Positions 23,101-33,758 of a DNA stretch of 64,000 nucleotides are shown here, piece by piece (within the stretch, counting starts at the first letter, position 1; each line of letters opens with the position of its first letter). Under the pieces are notes generated by a model that worked only from the letters and a program-made list of their open reading frames with translations, was not told where the DNA came from and ran no database searches. The stretch comes from a virus (lineage: Duplodnaviria > Caudoviricetes): the IMG/VR virus record IMGVR_UViG_3300029705_000055, positions 1-64,000 of that record. One strand, written 5' to 3'. A program made the position numbers and the translations under genes.

Positions 23101-26100
23101 CCATCCAAAGCGGAATTATATTTTAACTAGGCGTTTCCAACTTTTTGCTCTTGATTATAAATATCTTCTGTCCGAGCAATTTTTTCTTGTTGATGCAACG
23201 CTTTAACTTGCGCAATCTCTAGTTTACGGGCTGCCTCTCTGCGTCCTTCTCCAACCTCATTTTTAAACGACTAAACAAGTTTATAGAGGTCATCGTCACC
23301 GTTGTTAATTTTACCCAATTCTTCTTTGAAAACTTTTCTAGTAGAATCATTTTCAGATTTATAAATATCGGACAAAAATTCATCAGCCAACGCATCTGCT
23401 CGACGAATATCATCAATACTTTTAAGAGTGGATAAACTTTTAATTTCCGAGACCTAAGAGCTGATATGCTCTAAAACATTAGTGGTTTCCTGTGCGTCAG
23501 CAGAAAGATTATGGATGTCATCTCGTATTTTATCAATGGACCGCGCAACCCAGTTGCCGACAAGGTCGCCCAAGAACCCACCGATAAAAGGTATCGCGGC
23601 ACTCAGAGCCGCGTCTACACTTCGAGAAACACTTTTGGCCTCTTCGGAAGACGTAACAGTATTTCCCCTTGAGTCGGTATGTGTTTGTCCACCCGTCATA
23701 TAGGCAGAGGCCCCCGCCATAGTTTGGTTAATGGCCATAGTAGCCAGCAACGCGCCCTTGGATGCCCACAAAGATCCGCCAGAAGCCCCTTCGCCGCCTT
23801 GCTGTTTAAGGGCCAGCTGTTTCTCTTCCTCTTGGGTTTCTTGCGCGCCTAGCCGTGCAGTGTTTTCTTTGTGCTGTTCTTCCAGAACGCTGTCAAACGT
23901 TATTTGTTCGCCGGTTTCTTCCATGGCGGCCTGAGTTTCTTGAGCGGACTTTGCTGTATTTTCTGCTGCTTTTTCAAACTCTTTGGCAGATTTAAACACG
24001 CGCTCCCCTCTGGCAGCCACATAGGCGTCGGTCGCGTCGCGACGCTTATCGCCAATAAAGAAACTTCTCAGACTCCGAAGTCTGCCTTTTTCCTCAAGCC
24101 CTTTCAATCCCTTTTGGAGCCAGGATTGCCCAGAGAGTGCCCTATAATTACTCATTCCAGCGATCAGACCGGGCATCCACTTAAGAATCTTAGGAAGAGC
24201 ATCGACAATTTCCGCAAGAAGATTAATCCCTTCGGTTAACAATCCAGCCACGCCGCTGTTACTAGCAATGTTTTCAACCGCCGCAGTAAGCCGCTTTTGT
24301 GCCGCTTGATATGATTCTTGGTATGCGGTATATTTTGTCTCGGCTGTGCCGCGAGAGTTACGAGACACCTCAAGAAGCTCCTCGTACTTTGTCCAGTTAG
24401 ACAAAAGTGTAACAACGCTTTCCTGCTGCCTAATACCCGCAAGTGCGGTCGCAATAGCTTTCTTGGAAACATTGTCGAGAGCGTCCCATTTTTCAGCCAC
24501 TTCTGCTAAGACTTCATCGAAATCTTTGAAAGTTAAGCTCGAACTACGAATTGAAATCCCTATTTTATTCAGAACTTTTTCAACATCGTTTACCGCATCG
24601 CCCTCTTCAGCAGAAGCGAGATTCATTTTATTATACGCGCCAGCTTTAACATTACCATAACGAGAAATAATCGTCTTCATACTGGTACCAACTTGCGTAC
24701 CAGAAGCTTGCGTAACGTCAGCAATGGTTGCAACATATGCAGCCGCCTGGTCCATATCAACACCAGCCAAGCTACCGATGTTTGCGAACTAAGCAAGACC
24801 CTCGGCAATATCACCGGCAGAAGTTGCTGCTTTAAGGTCAATTGCAGTCAGCTTATCCACGATATCCATAGATTCGGACGCCTGCATTTTGAATCCCTTT
24901 AACGCACTCGTTACTTTTGTATTTAATAAGGGTCGCTACTCCTTATTGTGCAAAGCACCTCGCGCTTTCGCGTGAGAATTGACTATATCATCATCCCAAA
25001 ATTAACACCGGGATGTCACTTGCTTCCATCTCGCTCGAGATGTACTCCATAAAGGATAGTCGATGGGGCTGGGTCTTATAAAGACCCCTGCCTGCTGATT
25101 GCCCAATCCCCGTTACTTTACTTCTGACTACACCTCGCGGTGTCAGTTAGCGAACGAGGCTCTAAGGGGTTCCCAGCATATCAAGTGATTTATTTTTCTA
25201 TATATTACTATATAGCGGACCTAATTTGTTAAGTCCTTGGTTGCCGCAGTGGCGTCTATCATACCTAACTTACTCAGATACAAGGAGGCCGTAACCAGGT
25301 CTTGAATCTGGGCAGTTTGGTAGCCCTGCCTTTGCCATTCGAGTGCAGAAGCCGAAACTTCTTGCGTTGTCGCGCCAATCTTTTGACCCAAGTTCGAATA
25401 CTCGGTCATTAATCTGCGCGTATCTTCTTTAGTACCGTTGGTAACAATACGCAAATTCGTTAAAGTACCATCAAGGGCTTTTGCGTTTTGTACTAATAAT
25501 TTAATACCTTGACGCAGCTTCGCCATAATATTCATTGCGGCACGGCCAACAACAAATCGAGAGAAATAATTAGAGAACTATCCAGAGATATCGCCCAACA
25601 AACCGCCATCAGCCGTCTGCGCCTTTTCGGCGCGCTCGCGAACCCGCGTATCAAGACGCGCGCGTCTTTGCCCCGTGGCTAAATATCCACCCGCGCCCGT
25701 CCAATTGGGATCGTTTTTATGCGCTTCTGCTAAAAGATCAACCGTTTCTTGCGCAATGTTACGCAACTCTTCAAGATCTGCTTTTTCTTGCTCAAGGATA
25801 TCTCGTTTATCTTGGTTTGTTTCTTTTACAAGCGCCGCATCGACCGAATTAATACGAGACTCATATCCATATAAATCTTTATATGCAGAGTACGCGCTCT
25901 GTCTATCACTACGTATACGCTTATATTCGTCGATTTTTGCTCGTCTTCCAGCAAGCGCACCCTCAACCACTAAACGATCACTAACGGTGCTGCCTTCTTT
26001 TTCGAGCTTCGAAATCAACGTGTCCATATCCGCGCTAGTAGCGGTTGCATCGGTCTCTCTAATCAGTTGTAATAATTTCGAAAGCCGCTTTTCAATATGC

Positions 26101-29100
26101 TCTGCTAAATAACTATCGACTTCTTTAAGGTCCTCTGTTATTTTGGCTTGCTCTTCTGGAGAAAGAGCCTTAGAGCCCTGTTTAGCCGCCAAATCCACGC
26201 GTTTTAAAGAATACTTTTCTTTGTCACCCAGAAGCTCTCGGTATTCCTCTATATATTGCTTTGCAAGACCCTCTTTATTAAGCGGGGTATCTCTTCCCTC
26301 GTCTTCTAAACTCTTACTTTCAGCTATGAGAGCTAAAAGCTCTTCTTCTTTAAACTTAGGAATCTCAGTACCACCAAAGCTATCAAGAAGACGGGAGGTC
26401 TATTCTGCATAGAGATCCGGGGTATAGGTCTTAGACCTTCCCACGTTATCTGTAACTGTAATAGCACCAGAGAAATAATTATTACCGCCAATAAGAGCAT
26501 TCATCAGGGCAGCGGCTCGCTGTTTTTTGGCAGACTGCTCTTGTTTGGTTCCTGAATTTATGTGTTTATTATAAAGCTGTGCAACTTTTTGCGCGTTGGC
26601 TTTTTGCCCGGTGTATCCGTGGCCAAGTGCAAAATTTGTTAAGAAATCTTCTGCAGAAGTTGCTCCCGATGCTTCCAATGCTTGTTCAAGCAGCTGAAGA
26701 TTCGAAATTTCGTTTAAAACCTGTGCAATATCGTCTGCGTGTAAATCTGTCGAGCCCCTGGTTTTATAGTCGCTAACCGTAAAGTGCTTTTTACCCTCTT
26801 CGTCAACCACGAAAGACACCAGGTCGGCTATGGAGGCCTCTTCTTTCCCGAACGCAACTCCGGGGATGGAGATTTCAGCCAGCTTAGTCGCGTTTGGACC
26901 AAGGTGTTCGTCCATGCGCTGTGCCATGGCCGTTCCAATCCCCATCCTAGAAGCCATCTCTGCGCGGGCAGCTTGCGCATAATCAAACGAACCATCAGGG
27001 TTGATGGTTATTCCGCGAATTTCCGCAAGAGTGGGATCTAAGGTTAAGGCTCCAAGCGCGTAAAGCTTTTCATAGTTATGAAGAATGTTCTCTTCAGCTT
27101 CACGCTGGGCTTTATTGAGTTTTCCTTTAGAATTAGCAAGCTCTGCAAAATGATGTGCAGCCGTGCCTCCAAGCATTGATATAGAAGTAGCAAATTCATC
27201 TTTATGCGTATCAATAAATTTTTCGCGCGCCACAGGGTCATTAATATCAAGTTTTTCCAGTTGATCAAAAAAGCTCGATTTTGTGCGTGCGTAAATAAAA
27301 TTTTTCGTGCCTAAAAATGGCCGTCGCTTTGCTTCTGTGGTTGACGTAAAACCATGTGAGGAACTTAAAATTTTCCCCGCAGTGGCTAAAGCAGACTTTT
27401 CACCGGCATTGCCCACTTCTGAATATTGACGGCCACCAAAAATATCATCAGGAGAAAATTTATATTCAGAATTCTTATAACGATTCTGAATCATAACGCC
27501 TAATGAGGTACCGCCATGGGATGTTCGATACGCCTCGTTGGCTTTAAGAATATCTTTTATAATAGCGTCTTCAGTTAAACCGGACACACCTTCTACAAAC
27601 TGATCTGTGATACCGAGTTCCGCACGTGCATCCATGAGGTTCGCCATAACCTCTCCAGAGAACATGTCGTCCTTCTCGCCAACGATACCCAAAAGCCGCA
27701 TTGTGGCAAAGAATCTTTCCAACCCCTCTCGAGTATCGAAAGTGCCCGATTGAGTCGCTTGATAATAAAGACTATTTAACAAATCGGCGGGATTGTGCCC
27801 CTTTAACTTTTTGGTGCTAACATTTTTAATGTTAATACCAGTCTAATATGACTACCCAATTAAGTTAATTAACTGGCGTACACCCCCGAGGGACCCGTCT
27901 GCTCCTAAGTCACCAGTAAGCTCCCTTAGAAGCTTTCCGCTTCGCCCGGCCCATTCGGCGCCCACATTGGCGTACATCGCCTTCATGAGCTATTCGGCCT
28001 TATTTAAGGGGTCTTCTAATTCGGAAACTTTGCCGATATCTAAAGAAGATCCTTTACTCTCGGCCTTTCTCGCTTGCTCTTGCCGTTTTGCTAATTTTGT
28101 ATAATATTTTTGTCCGGCAGCAATGGCACCACTTAGATCACCGTTTAATGCGGCATTGTAAATTGCAAGACGGTCGCCATCGAAATCCCCATGCATAGTT
28201 CTTAGCAAATCCGGGTTAATGAGCGCGTTGCCCTCTTCTATTGAATCCAATATAATAGCGCCGGCCTACACAGAGTCGTCTACCATTTTTAAGATGGGGT
28301 ATCTCATCATTAAAAACTGTCCGCTGATAGCCCCTTTGTATTTTTTAGACATTGGATTAATGGCCTATTTAATGGCGCCAATCATTTGTTCAGATGTCAG
28401 CCCCTTCTTTGGGCCGTGCTTAAACAAATCTTTATAAAGGGACTTTAATTCATCGGGCGCCAACTCCGTTAGCATAGTTTCAACATCTTTAGAGCTTAAT
28501 GCTAAGGAGGGCATTGCCCCAGATTTAACACCATATATATCAGATAGGTTATTAAAAACCTCGGTGTTCATCGCTTGCGCTAAGAAATAACCGCCGCTTT
28601 TTTCTTCTAAAGTATGGTACTCTTTATATATTGATCCCTTTTTTTCTTTATTGATAGAATCAAGAATATTATTATAAGACTATGCAATTTTCTCGCCCGC
28701 GCGTTCCTGCTTTTTCCTTTGTTCGGGAGCGCTCATCGTGGTGAGATCAAACTTAGATAACTCTGAAATTGTGCGGAGCTATCGAATGGTCTCTGCGCCA
28801 ATCGCATCTGTAACCGCGTATGTCTCTCCGCCAACCGAATACTCGGGCCCCAATTCAAACACGCCACCGCGCACATGGTAACCAGTATGCTCAGTTCCGC
28901 TGGAATCAGAGGCGTAGACGGGAATTACATTACCACTACTGTCTGTGGCGTAAAATACAAAGGGTACCTCATCAGGAGACCGGATCCCCTTCTCTAAGTA
29001 CTTATCTTTGTTGCGATTAAATTCTTCGGTTTGAGCCTCACGAATGCGGCGAAGCGCCGCGGCGCCGCTCTAAGCAGAGATGCCCCCGCGGCCGCTTTCC

Positions 29101-31691
29101 TAATCAAATTCAATATCTCCGAATCCCCCAGCGGGAACTAACTCTTCAACATTAAATTGCAGCCCAAGCTCGTTTGCCCTTTGTTTACTGGTTTTTTCGT
29201 TCTCTTGCTGGAAGGTCGCAAAAAGAGAATTCTTCGTATTAACCATATAGCGTCTTTTGAAGTCTTCTTCTTTCTTTGCCAGGGCTCCCTCCAGCTCTTT
29301 TGCTTTATTTTCCCAAGGGGTCAAATCTAATTTGGGAGCAAGCTTCCGCATGTTTTCAATACTAGCTTTGAAACTATAAAGGTCCAGTCTGTCGTATTTT
29401 TTTCTTGAAGCATTGGGACCTGTTCCTTGGTAACGGTCGATTGAGCTCATCTCCGCCCCCTGCGAGAGAGGGAGGGGGCGTTCAGCCCATTGTAATATTT
29501 CTTCCCCGGGGTCTCCCACCTTTCGCACGGCATTGCCTTTCAGCCCATAAGCCTCTCCCATAACTTTACCAAGTTTCAGAAGTACACCTGTGATACCGCC
29601 TTCAGTATCAATCATATGCTGTAAGGCAACCTCGTTAATATCAAGACCCGCGCCCTCAACAAATTTCAGAACACCAGGAAGTTGCCTGTTAATTTCAGCA
29701 ATTATTTGAGAATTACTATGCCCCGTTCGCTCCAGCTGACCGATGGTGCTTTCTAGCATTCCATTGAATGTATCGCGAGTTTTTAATTTATGCTCGCCGC
29801 GTCCAATCACCATTTTAAGATTGCCGTTTTCATCAAAAACGTCTTTCTCTGAATATCCATGCTTGACAAAAGCTAATCCCAATAACTATTCAGTTATATC
29901 GCTTATCACGGAACGGAAATCGGACATTTTACCGCCGCGGCTAGTGAATGTCTTGTTACGATTTTTCTCGGTTATATCTATTCCAAGCACAGCCGAAGTC
30001 GGATCATCTTTGATAACAAGTTTACTGCTATTTTTAAGTTTTAAAATATGGCGTACCGCCTCAGTACGAAGCTCGTCTTTTCGGTTGTCTAACACCTTTT
30101 TTAAGGCCTGCTCTCGAGTCGCTTCGTTTTTATACTCGTCTGTATGCCCTATTGCTTTAATTGCCAGTTTCTAGATCTCTTCTTCAACAACATCTCTAGC
30201 AATTTCTTTACTATACTGCATTGAAACCGCAAAATCTTCAGCGATAGAACGAGCATAAACAGATGCGTCGGCTTCTACGCCTTTGAGCATATCCATTCTG
30301 ATTGTGTTTAACTCTATTCGTTCTTTTTTAGTAGAAGCCGCGTATAGCTGATCAAATTTAGCTTTAGAGAGAGATCCTCTAACAGCCTTGCCAAATTTTT
30401 CTTTATATTTACCTTTTAATATATCTTGCCCCGCAGCAACAATGTCAGCGTCAGAAATCGTACCTGCAAGATAAGACCGAGAAATGTGTTTACCCGCAGC
30501 AAGATCAGCTGCAGAATAAAGCTTCCTTTGCTCCGCCGTTGTGATTGTCGAATATTTACCGGCTATACTTTTATCCGCTACGGCCCCCCTAGAAGAAGTA
30601 TACTTTTGTAAGGCTTTTGTTGTTTCTTTATTAAAGTCTTTTACATAAGATCTTAAATTAGCTAAAACTTTTCTATCTGTTAAGCCCGCCAAAAACGCAG
30701 TGGGGACAGGAGGTTGTGCGAAAGACATTAGACCGGGGGTGCCTTCTTTCTTGCCACCCTGGACGGGGCCGAGTCCGTACACCAAATTAAAAGTTTTTTC
30801 TAAATCGCCCTTCCAAAGATTAGTATAGATCCACGGATGAGCCCTTTTCACATATTGTCCGAAATCTTTCGTTGAAGCAAAGCCATTGGATTCAAAAAAG
30901 ACATTCTGGAGCTCTTTTGCCAACGCAGCATCGTCTCTGGGCGCGCCATATTTACCCAGTTTGCTTTTATAATTATTTGCCATGGTCTTGAAAAGCCAGG
31001 ACAAATGCACCTGCATACCCATGGCAGCTACGCCCTCGCGCCGAAGCCCGTTAATATTCCCAATAGAGGTGGCTTTTTGAAACTGCTCTTTTTGGGTTCT
31101 CGAGGCAGCCGAGGGGCTTTCGTGTGTAATACCACGCAACGTTTGGTTCAGTTGACGCATAACCAGCTTAGCTTTTTTATTATAATCATCAACCTGTTTA
31201 TCCATCCAGACCATTCGACTGGCTAGTTCATTCGCGGCGGCATCAATGGCAAGTGCCCTTGCGCTGGCAAGCCCGATTTCTTTCCCTTGGTTTTGAACAA
31301 AAAACAAGGCATCCACTGACGGGAGATTATTCTGAATCGTTAAACCAGTCCCGCTGCTAGGTAAAATTTCAAGGCTGGGAATATTCTTCTCGTCAATTGC
31401 TTTGCGAGCTTCGGGGTTAGAAGGAAGAAAGGAAATTTTAAATCCCGCTTTTTCATCGCCGGTGATTTGTATGTCTCCGAACCCTGCTTGCCCCATAACA
31501 CCAGCAAGGTGTTTTATACTTTTTTCGGTAGAATGAATATCTGTACCAACCTTTAATGCATTCTTAAAAACTTTTTCTTGACTGTTAGCCTGAGTGCCCG
31601 ATTTTATAAAACGCTATGCTAAAATTTGGTCATTCAAAAATCCATCGCTAAGTGCGTTGAACCAGGAATTTATATTAGTCCAGCTACCCAA
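20133..31691 (-). CDS. Giant RNA polymerase-nuclease-tape measure fusion (code 15, spliced: exons 31691-25232 and 24913-20133; ~3746 aa)
   Basis: TTG start after AAAGGAGGGG; single frame with about 33 in-frame TAGs by manual count; RNAP motifs at ~29950-29740 and 28304-28173; nuclease motifs at 27170-26720; TP901-type tape-measure core at ~25535-24300; NALGT...NEFGTE C-terminus. Confidence 0.85.
24914..25231 (-). ncRNA. Group I self-splicing intron (IA-like, no internal ORF), 318 nt
   Basis: P1 GGACU|UAA-CAAA-UUAGGUCC with U-G at the splice site; P3 UCACUUG/CAAGUGA; P4 UGCUG/CAGCA; P7 GACUAU/AUAGUC with P7.1/P7.2; P9 GAAA loop; terminal G. Splicing restores KDL-TSALKGF. Confidence 0.92.
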
Positions 31692-31796
31692 TTATATCCC
31701 CTCCTTTATATATATAGATATGGTGCCATATATAGACACCTGTTTATTCAAAAAGGACAAACCACATGTCCTATTCATATTTTTTAACATTAACAT
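31692..31796 (-). CDS. Possible 34-aa leader ORF abutting the giant gene's TTG start
   Basis: AAAGGAGAG RBS then ATG; its TAA is immediately followed by the in-frame TTG. Confidence 0.3.
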   Translation of the reverse strand: MLMLKNMNRTCGLSFLNKQVSIYGTISIYIKEGI

Positions 31797-31829
31797 ATGC
31801 TCTCTCCTTTATGAGTAAAATATGAAAAT

Positions 31830-31857
31830 CCCCCGACCAATTTTTCATGGTCGGGGG
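31830..31857 (-). terminator. Intrinsic terminator
   Basis: CCCCGACCA/TGGTCGGGG stem followed by a U-rich tract on the minus strand. Confidence 0.65.
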
Positions 31858-31897
31858 TGCCTCAGTGTATAATTATTCAAATAATATGCAAATTAAT

Positions 31898-32236
31898 TCA
31901 GAACCAGAACCAATTCGCAAGCGCCTGACTCAGCACATTAAGCGCCTCGTCGGGATTTTCTTTCGAAGAATACGACATGTGGAACGAGCCATAGTCTTCA
32001 ATGAATTTATTGCGCAGTTTGTAATACTCTTCATCTGCTGCTTTAATCATCTCAGAAGCAGATTTACGCACATCCTGCGCGTGTTTGTAGGCCTCTTCGA
32101 CCTCTTTGGCCCTTTCTTTCTTTTCCTGGGCCTTCTTTTTGATTTCTTCCTGAGCCGCGTCGTAGGTCTTTTCGGCTTCGTTCAGCTCTTCTTCGGTCTT
32201 GTAGAACTTTTTGTCTTTTTCGCTATAGTACAACAT
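31898..32236 (-). CDS. Small coiled-coil hypothetical protein
   Basis: AAGGAGGG RBS, 112 aa, K/E-rich. Confidence 0.8.
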   Translation of the reverse strand: MLYYSEKDKKFYKTEEELNEAEKTYDAAQEEIKKKAQEKKERAKEVEEAYKHAQDVRKSASEMIKAADEEYYKLRNKFIEDYGSFHMSYSSKENPDEALNVLSQALANWFWF

Positions 32237-32377
32237 GTTTAAACCCTCCTTTTGGTTTAAAGCACCACAATATCTTGTATTATTTGATTCTTTCGAACCC
32301 CAATATATTGTGGCAAAAATAAAATCCTATTTTTATTTCTATGTACTACGGGGCTGAGGTGCCCCCGCAATATTTTC

Positions 32378-32453
32378 TGGAGCCGCCAGAGGGAATCAAA
32401 CCCACGCCCTGATAATTACAAATCATCTGCTCTATCTGCTGAGCTATGGCGGC
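32378..32453 (-). tRNA. tRNA-Thr(UGU) with encoded CCA
   Basis: GCCGCCA acceptor stem, D arm, anticodon arm GATGA-TT-TGT-AA-TTATC; non-canonical T loop TTTGATT. Confidence 0.85.
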
Positions 32454-32488
32454 ACGAAGGAACACTAAGCGTGTTCCTTAATATTTAA

Positions 32489-32713
32489 TTACTCTGTAGG
32501 TTCCCCTTCGAAGTCAACCTCCTCAGGTTCTTCTTCAGAATCGTCTTCAGGACCCTCTTCGATCGGTATATCGGTTTCGATATAATGAATCGGGGCGCTA
32601 CGCAGGTCTATCGCCTCCGCATACATGTCTCCCGTTTCGATTTGCTGGATCAAGACATTTAAATCCGAATATCTCCGGACCAGATCGGTCTCAATAAATT
32701 CTTCAACAATCAT
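32489..32713 (-). CDS. Small acidic phage protein
   Basis: YSD...IQQIETG..Y.EAID...YIETDIPIE pattern; 74 aa. Confidence 0.75.
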   Translation of the reverse strand: MIVEEFIETDLVRRYSDLNVLIQQIETGDMYAEAIDLRSAPIHYIETDIPIEEGPEDDSEEEPEEVDFEGEPTE

Positions 32714-32715
32714 GA

Positions 32716-33693
32716 TTACTTGCCTCTCTCTATCTTTTTAAGCCAATCATCAATCGTGATTGCCTCCATAAGCATGCCCTCATTAACGGAACGCTGTCTT
32801 ACGGAATTAGATATCTGCATTTTTTCTGCTAATGGCATTGCAAGCCAATCGACTTTGTGCTTCTTAAAATATTCTTTAAATCTTCTCTCTACGGCCTTCC
32901 GATAGACTTGATTGTCCTGATTGACCCATTCCGGTTTATTCATGGTGTAATAGGCATCAAAAATCATGAAGCTCGTATAGAACATTACCTTGTCCATCAT
33001 CCCGCGCCTTATAAACTCGTCAATAAGTGCATCGTTAGAGTCAAGCATATTGTTGTATGTTTTCAAAATATACTTGGGATCGTGTCGACATACAGAGCTA
33101 TCTCTCCATTTCCAAAGATAGAAAGGAGTGGGACAGTACTTCACATTCGTCGAACAGTTCTGACAAAGAATATTAAAGTAAGAATCCTCGTGAATGGTGA
33201 GAGCATCGTTCCAGCGAATTTTCTTGTCAACCAAATATTGGCGACGATGAACTTTCCCGTGTACAAAAGTCGAGTCCATTTCATGATTAACGAAAATAAA
33301 GTCTTCAGAAAATGGAACTTTTGTTTCTTCGATAAAAACAGAAATCAAAGAGTCGAAGTCGCCACTGGCCATTTCTCTAAATAATATCCATAAACCGCAC
33401 ATATTGTAAAACATGTCGTCCGCATCACAAAACATGACATAATCTGCTGTGGCCTTGTCGAAACAAGCGTTACGCGTCGCAGACACGCCTTTGTGCTCGC
33501 AGAGATAATATTGGATATCATAGGGGTAAGATTTTAAGAACTTTTCATCAAGATGAACATCTGTGCCATCGTTACAGATAATTACACCGACGTCGCTAAA
33601 GTCGATTCTTTGCTGGAGGGCGATGGAATCCAAGAGGGGTTTTAAGACCTCTTCGGTTTCTTTATACTGGGGTACCAATATTTGTAATTTCAT
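32716..33693 (-). CDS. Glycosyltransferase family 2
   Basis: ILVPQYKE, IICNDGTD, GVSATRN, MFCDADD (DxD), HED motifs; no TAG. Confidence 0.9.
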   Translation of the reverse strand: MKLQILVPQYKETEEVLKPLLDSIALQQRIDFSDVGVIICNDGTDVHLDEKFLKSYPYDIQYYLCEHKGVSATRNACFDKATADYVMFCDADDMFYNMCGLWILFREMASGDFDSLISVFIEETKVPFSEDFIFVNHEMDSTFVHGKVHRRQYLVDKKIRWNDALTIHEDSYFNILCQNCSTNVKYCPTPFYLWKWRDSSVCRHDPKYILKTYNNMLDSNDALIDEFIRRGMMDKVMFYTSFMIFDAYYTMNKPEWVNQDNQVYRKAVERRFKEYFKKHKVDWLAMPLAEKMQISNSVRQRSVNEGMLMEAITIDDWLKKIERGK

Positions 33694-33758
33694 GCATTCA
33701 TTTCCTTTCTTTTTTAAATATATAGGGTTTTTGAGAAAAGTCAACAAAAATACAAAAA

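Noticed and set aside
24914-25231. Homing endonuclease, intein or a true intergenic gap between two genes
   Set aside because: Too short for an endonuclease, contains an in-frame TGA, folds as a group I ribozyme, and the flanks join into a continuous tape-measure motif.
32262-32315. Second tRNA suggested by GGTTCGAA on the minus strand
   Set aside because: No cloverleaf can be built; only a long stem is present.
32378-32453. Amber suppressor tRNA
   Set aside because: The anticodon is UGU (Thr); no tRNA-CUA was seen in this window.
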